The notes under the pieces are model-generated. The model was not told the DNA's origin. It saw only the letters and a list, made by a program, of their open reading frames with translations, and ran no database searches. Position numbers and translations under genes: made by a program. A stretch of DNA of 64,000 bases, from positions 20,326 through 84,325 of the forward strand of contig DATBKD010000053.1 of NCBI GenBank assembly GCA_036556025.1. Reading direction: 5' to 3'. Source of the stretch: Gemmatimonadales bacterium. GTDB lineage: Bacteria; Gemmatimonadota; Gemmatimonadetes; Gemmatimonadales; GWC2-71-9. Positions 60,314 through 64,000 of this stretch are shown piece after piece; the stretch's first letter is position 1; each line of letters begins with the position of its first letter.

Positions 60314-62019
60314 TCTTCTCCCGCCTTCCACCCCGATCCCTGCAGCCGCTCGATCAAACGCATCACCTGTGCCCGATCCTGGTGGATGGGCAGCACCAGC
60401 AGATCACCCGGTCGTGCCCACTCGAGCGCATGGTGTACTGCCGCCACCTCCGACCCTGGAAAGCTCACTGCCTCGGGAGGCAGCCCCAGCCGCTGCAACT
60501 CGTCCATCAACAAGGCAGGCACCTCGCCAGGACTTCGCCCTCGCAGATACTGCTCCAGCTCCTTGACGATGGCGTAGTCGGGATGGAGTCTCATCGCTTC
60601 CTGAGCCAGCTCGCGAATGGCGCTGTCGCTGCGATCCCCGGCCTGGCCGAGCATCACCAGCCGCCGTCCGGAGCCGAGCGTCGAAGCGGTGGCGGCCAGC
60701 GCCCCCATGCCGTGGGGATTGTGGGCGAAGTCGATCAGCAGCCGGACCCCACCCAGTTCGATCAGGTTGGCCCGCCCAGGATTGTCGGCGACACTGCGGC
60801 CGAAGTTCTGGAGCGTCGCCCGGATGACATCGGTCGGGAGGTGCAGTCGTTGCGCGGCGGCGATGGCGGCAAGCGCATTGGCGACGTTGTGGGTCGCGAT
60901 GCCGCCGAGCGTGATAGTGACCTCGTCCACCCTCGCTACCGGCACACGCTTGGCACCGGTTGCCAGCACCAGCGCGTCGCCTTCCAGGAGCGCCGCCTGG
61001 CCTCCCGTGGCAAGATGATCGCGGATTTCGGCGCGTTCGGGATGCAAAGAGAACCAGATCACCGGCGCGGATAGCTGTGGCCGGGCGCCAACCAGGGTGG
61101 GATCGTCGGCGTTCATCACCACCCGCCCGTCCGGCCGCACCGCGCGGGCGGTGACCAGTTTGGTCGCGGCCAGATCGGCCAGGCTCTGGACCCCAAATTC
61201 ACCCAGGTGGTCATCGGCGATGTTGGTGATGACCGCGACATCCGCCTGCTCCACCGGCAAGCCGCGGCGGAGTATGCCACCCCGCGCGGTCTCCAGGACC
61301 GCGGCTTCGACCCCGGGATCGCGCAGGACCATTCGGGCGCCGCTCGGGCCTGAGTAGTCGCCCTCCGCCAGCCAGCGGTCTCCGACCTTGACTCCGTCGG
61401 TGGAGGTGCTGCCCGGGGTGCGGCCCGCCCGGGCCAGCATCGCCGCGAGCAGCCGCACGATGGTCGTCTTGCCGTTGGAGCCGGTCACCAGTGCCAGCGG
61501 AACGTCGTGCACTCGCGACCAGTCTACCGCCTGGGGTGCCGGAAGCTCGTTCTCTGGCCAGACCGTGACCCCGGCACCGGTCCCCACCGATACCTGGTCC
61601 TCGCCGGTCAGAAAGGTGACGCCACGGCGCCGTGCCATGCTCCTGAGCGCCAGGAGCGGTGGATTGCTCTCCGCCTGGATGGCCTCCCGGAGACGTGCCG
61701 CGTCGGGTTCCAGCGTGGAGGGGCGCGCCCCGCCCATCTCGGCCTCGGCGCTGGCCCAGGCCCACTCGTTGAGCTCCGTCGCAGCGTACAGGGCATCGGG
61801 CGGAGCACTCAGCGCCAGGCTTGCGCCTCCGGTGAAGGCACGGGTACTGAGTGTTTCATTCCCCCAGCCGACGGCTTCAAGCATTCGCGCGGCATTCCGC
61901 CGCCAGGCTGCGATGGTCTGGGCCCGGTGTGTGTCGTCCATCGCCACGTCCACTACCGCGCCCGGCCGGTCGAGCAGAAGTCCGGGTCCAGTCAGCCGGC
62001 GGGAATCGAGCAGAGGCAT
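60298..62019 (-). CDS. Cyanophycin-synthetase-like protein lacking the ATP-grasp domain (CphA N-domain-like start plus Mur-ligase-type domain)
   Basis: VTGSNGKTT P-loop. GPSGARMVLRDPGVEAAVLETARGGILRRG and ITNIADDHLG parallel the M domain of the adjacent CphA. The N-terminus SRRLTGPG resembles the CphA N-terminus. Confidence 0.75.
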   Translation of the reverse strand: MPLLDSRRLTGPGLLLDRPGAVVDVAMDDTHRAQTIAAWRRNAARMLEAVGWGNETLSTRAFTGGASLALSAPPDALYAATELNEWAWASAEAEMGGARPSTLEPDAARLREAIQAESNPPLLALRSMARRRGVTFLTGEDQVSVGTGAGVTVWPENELPAPQAVDWSRVHDVPLALVTGSNGKTTIVRLLAAMLARAGRTPGSTSTDGVKVGDRWLAEGDYSGPSGARMVLRDPGVEAAVLETARGGILRRGLPVEQADVAVITNIADDHLGEFGVQSLADLAATKLVTARAVRPDGRVVMNADDPTLVGARPQLSAPVIWFSLHPERAEIRDHLATGGQAALLEGDALVLATGAKRVPVARVDEVTITLGGIATHNVANALAAIAAAQRLHLPTDVIRATLQNFGRSVADNPGRANLIELGGVRLLIDFAHNPHGMGALAATASTLGSGRRLVMLGQAGDRSDSAIRELAQEAMRLHPDYAIVKELEQYLRGRSPGEVPALLMDELQRLGLPPEAVSFPGSEVAAVHHALEWARPGDLLVLPIHQDRAQVMRLIERLQGSGWKAGEDLSKQ

Positions 62020-62033
62020 CTAGGCCCGCCGGC

Positions 62034-64000
62034 TCAGTCGTCCGCTTCTCGCGGTAGCCACACCCCGCGGACGTCTCTGACGAATTCGCGCCGGCTGTCC
62101 TCCACCAGTAACGGTGGTGGCGGTGCCGGCACGGCCACCGGCTCGCGCGGCGTGCGGCGCCGCTCCGCGGCTCTTGGCGGCGCCTCCGGACGGAAATGGA
62201 TGACCTGCTTCCACGAGCGGGTGATGGCATCTCCGAAGATCAGCACCAGGTCGCTCGGTTGAGCCTCGCGTAGCGCGGCGTCCACCGCGGCCTGCTCGTC
62301 CGGGATCACCAGGATCTGGTCCGCCGAGACGCCATTGGCGAGCAGGGCGTCGCGCAGCAGGTGAGGCACCTCGTCCGGCTTGCGGCCCCGCAGCTGGTCG
62401 TCCCGGCGGCAGATGTACCGGTCGAACGACCCCGCCGCGATCTTTCCGATCTCGGCGATGTCTTCATCTCTTCGATCTCCCGGGGCGGCCAGGACGCAGA
62501 GTCGCCGGCCGGTCACCTCCATGCGCTCCACCAGCTGGCACATGGCCTGGACCGCGGCCGAATTGTGGCCGTAGTCGAGGATCACCTTGAAGGGGTGCTC
62601 GTCGTAGATGTTCATCCGGCCAGGCGCCTGGAAGAACGTGGTGTCGAACGTGCGGAGTCCGTGGCGCACGTCTTCCAGCTTGAGCCCCATGCTGAAGGCC
62701 ATGGCAGCGGCGAACATCGCGTTCTGCACGTTGTGCATCGCCCGGCCTTCCAACGTCGCTGGAATCAGATGGGTCCAGAGCAGCGGTATGTGGGCTCCGC
62801 GATCGTAGATCGTGATCATCTGCCCCTTGATGCCCGACTCCAGCACCACGCCGCGACCACCGGCCTTGATGTGCTCGCCCACCAGTTCGTGAGTGGGATC
62901 CATGGTCACGTAGCACAGGTGCTTGGCCTCGGTATAGTCGGCCATCTTGAGGCAGAGCGGGTCCTCGGCATTGAGGATGGCGGTGTCGCGCGCGACCTCT
63001 ACCACGATCCGCTTGACCTGCGCCAGCTGTTCCAGGGTGCCGACGCCGCGGAGGCCCAGATGGTCGGACTTGATGTTCAGGACCGCCCCGACATCGCAAT
63101 GACGCACCCCCATTCCTGCGCGCAACAGCCCTCCGCGGGCGATCTCCAGCACGGCCACGTCTACGTGCGGGTCGCTCAGGACCATTCGGGTGGCCACCGG
63201 CCCGGTCATATCGCCGGCCACCGTGCGCTGGCCGTCGATATACACGCCGTCGGTCGAGGTGAGTCCCACATGGTGGCCGGCGAGCTTGTGGATGTGCGCC
63301 AGCATCCGGGCGGTCGTCGTCTTCCCGTTGGTTCCGGTGACCGCCGCGATGGGGATTCGGCTGGGCGACCCGGGCGGGAACAGCATGTCCATCACCGGGC
63401 CGGCGACGTCGCGCGCCCGCCCTTCGCTCGGCGCCATGTGCATGCGAAAGCCCGGGGCGGCGTTCACCTCGCAGATTGCGCCGCCGACCTCCTTGTACGA
63501 CTCGGTGATGTCGGTGCTCAGGAAATCCACTCCTCCCACGTCCAGCCCGATGGCCTTTACCGCCCGCACGGCCATGCTGACGTTGTCGGGATGCACCACA
63601 TCGGTCATGTCGGTGGCCGTCCCGCCGGTTGAGAGATTGCCGGTGGACCGGAGGAACACCCGCTCGCCGGACGCCGGGACCGTCTCCCGGGTGTAGCCCT
63701 TCCGAGCCAGCAGGGTCTCCGCTTGCGTATCGAATACCAGCCGGGTGAGCACTTTCTCATGTCCGATGCCGCGGCGGGGATCGCTGTTGACCTCCTCTAC
63801 CAGCTGCTCCACCGTGTGCACCCCATCTCCAACGACGTGCCCCGGCACCCGGCGCGCGACGGCGATCAACTCGCCGTTGATCACCAGCATGCGGTGGTCG
63901 TCGCCGGTGATAAAGGTTTCGACGATGACGCTGCGGCTGTGCTCCCGGGCGATCTCGAACGCGGAGCGAACCTGGTCAGCGGTGCTCAGATGAATCGAGA
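62034..64000 (-). CDS. cphA: Cyanophycin synthetase CphA (partial; the N-terminus lies beyond the window end)
   Basis: ATP-grasp segment (the frame stays open upstream of the track's Met: ...VIVETFITGDDHRMLVINGELIAVARR), NAAPGFRMH, then a Mur-ligase domain (VTGTNGKTT, NIKSDHLG). Pro-rich C-terminal tail. Confidence 0.9.
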   Translation of the reverse strand, partial: SIHLSTADQVRSAFEIAREHSRSVIVETFITGDDHRMLVINGELIAVARRVPGHVVGDGVHTVEQLVEEVNSDPRRGIGHEKVLTRLVFDTQAETLLARKGYTRETVPASGERVFLRSTGNLSTGGTATDMTDVVHPDNVSMAVRAVKAIGLDVGGVDFLSTDITESYKEVGGAICEVNAAPGFRMHMAPSEGRARDVAGPVMDMLFPPGSPSRIPIAAVTGTNGKTTTARMLAHIHKLAGHHVGLTSTDGVYIDGQRTVAGDMTGPVATRMVLSDPHVDVAVLEIARGGLLRAGMGVRHCDVGAVLNIKSDHLGLRGVGTLEQLAQVKRIVVEVARDTAILNAEDPLCLKMADYTEAKHLCYVTMDPTHELVGEHIKAGGRGVVLESGIKGQMITIYDRGAHIPLLWTHLIPATLEGRAMHNVQNAMFAAAMAFSMGLKLEDVRHGLRTFDTTFFQAPGRMNIYDEHPFKVILDYGHNSAAVQAMCQLVERMEVTGRRLCVLAAPGDRRDEDIAEIGKIAAGSFDRYICRRDDQLRGRKPDEVPHLLRDALLANGVSADQILVIPDEQAAVDAALREAQPSDLVLIFGDAITRSWKQVIHFRPEAPPRAAERRRTPREPVAVPAPPPPLLVEDSRREFVRDVRGVWLPREADD

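Noticed and set aside
1-64000. Mobile elements, prophage, genomic island or defence-system gene clusters.
   Set aside because: I saw no transposase, integrase, phage structural, restriction-modification, toxin-antitoxin or cas-like products. By eye there is no large compositional shift. The lower-GC patches are confined to short intergenic spacers.

Overview
High-GC bacterial chromosomal window (roughly two-thirds G+C by eye, not computed). It is densely packed on both strands with about 65 mostly housekeeping or accessory-metabolic genes. The gene content and the style of the intergenic repeats suggest Gemmatimonadota or a similar phylum, but this is inference only. I saw no rRNA, tRNA, CRISPR array, transposase or integrase.

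Gene sets I recognise:
- ECF sigma / zinc anti-sigma operon
- Ku plus split LigD (NHEJ) operon
- osmoprotectant-type ABC transporter
- DUF1015-serA-serC
- FHA-sufE-rho
- cimA behind a terminator-containing leader
- disulfide oxidoreductase-egtB-egtD-egtA (ergothioneine)
- two-component cluster
- arginase plus an ATL protein
- STAS-ECF sigma pair
- tandem cphA / cphA-like (cyanophycin) genes running off the 3' edge

The most unusual signal is non-coding. At least nine intergenic loci carry short tandem 'word' arrays, mostly 7-nt units and once 9-nt. A purine-rich arm is followed by its pyrimidine-rich complement, giving long imperfect hairpins. Each arm starts at or on a stop codon or abuts a start codon. 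The word differs between loci but the architecture is the same. I do not recognise this as a described repeat family.

Secondary observations:
- a candidate Ile-responsive attenuator upstream of cimA
- three convergent gene pairs sharing a 4-nt CTAG double stop
- a Rho that lacks the N-terminal helical domain and is translationally coupled to sufE
- an N-terminally truncated adenylate-forming gene
- candidate operators upstream of ku and in the STAS/ECF divergent region

Many long ORFs in the supplied track are antisense shadows of real genes and were rejected.
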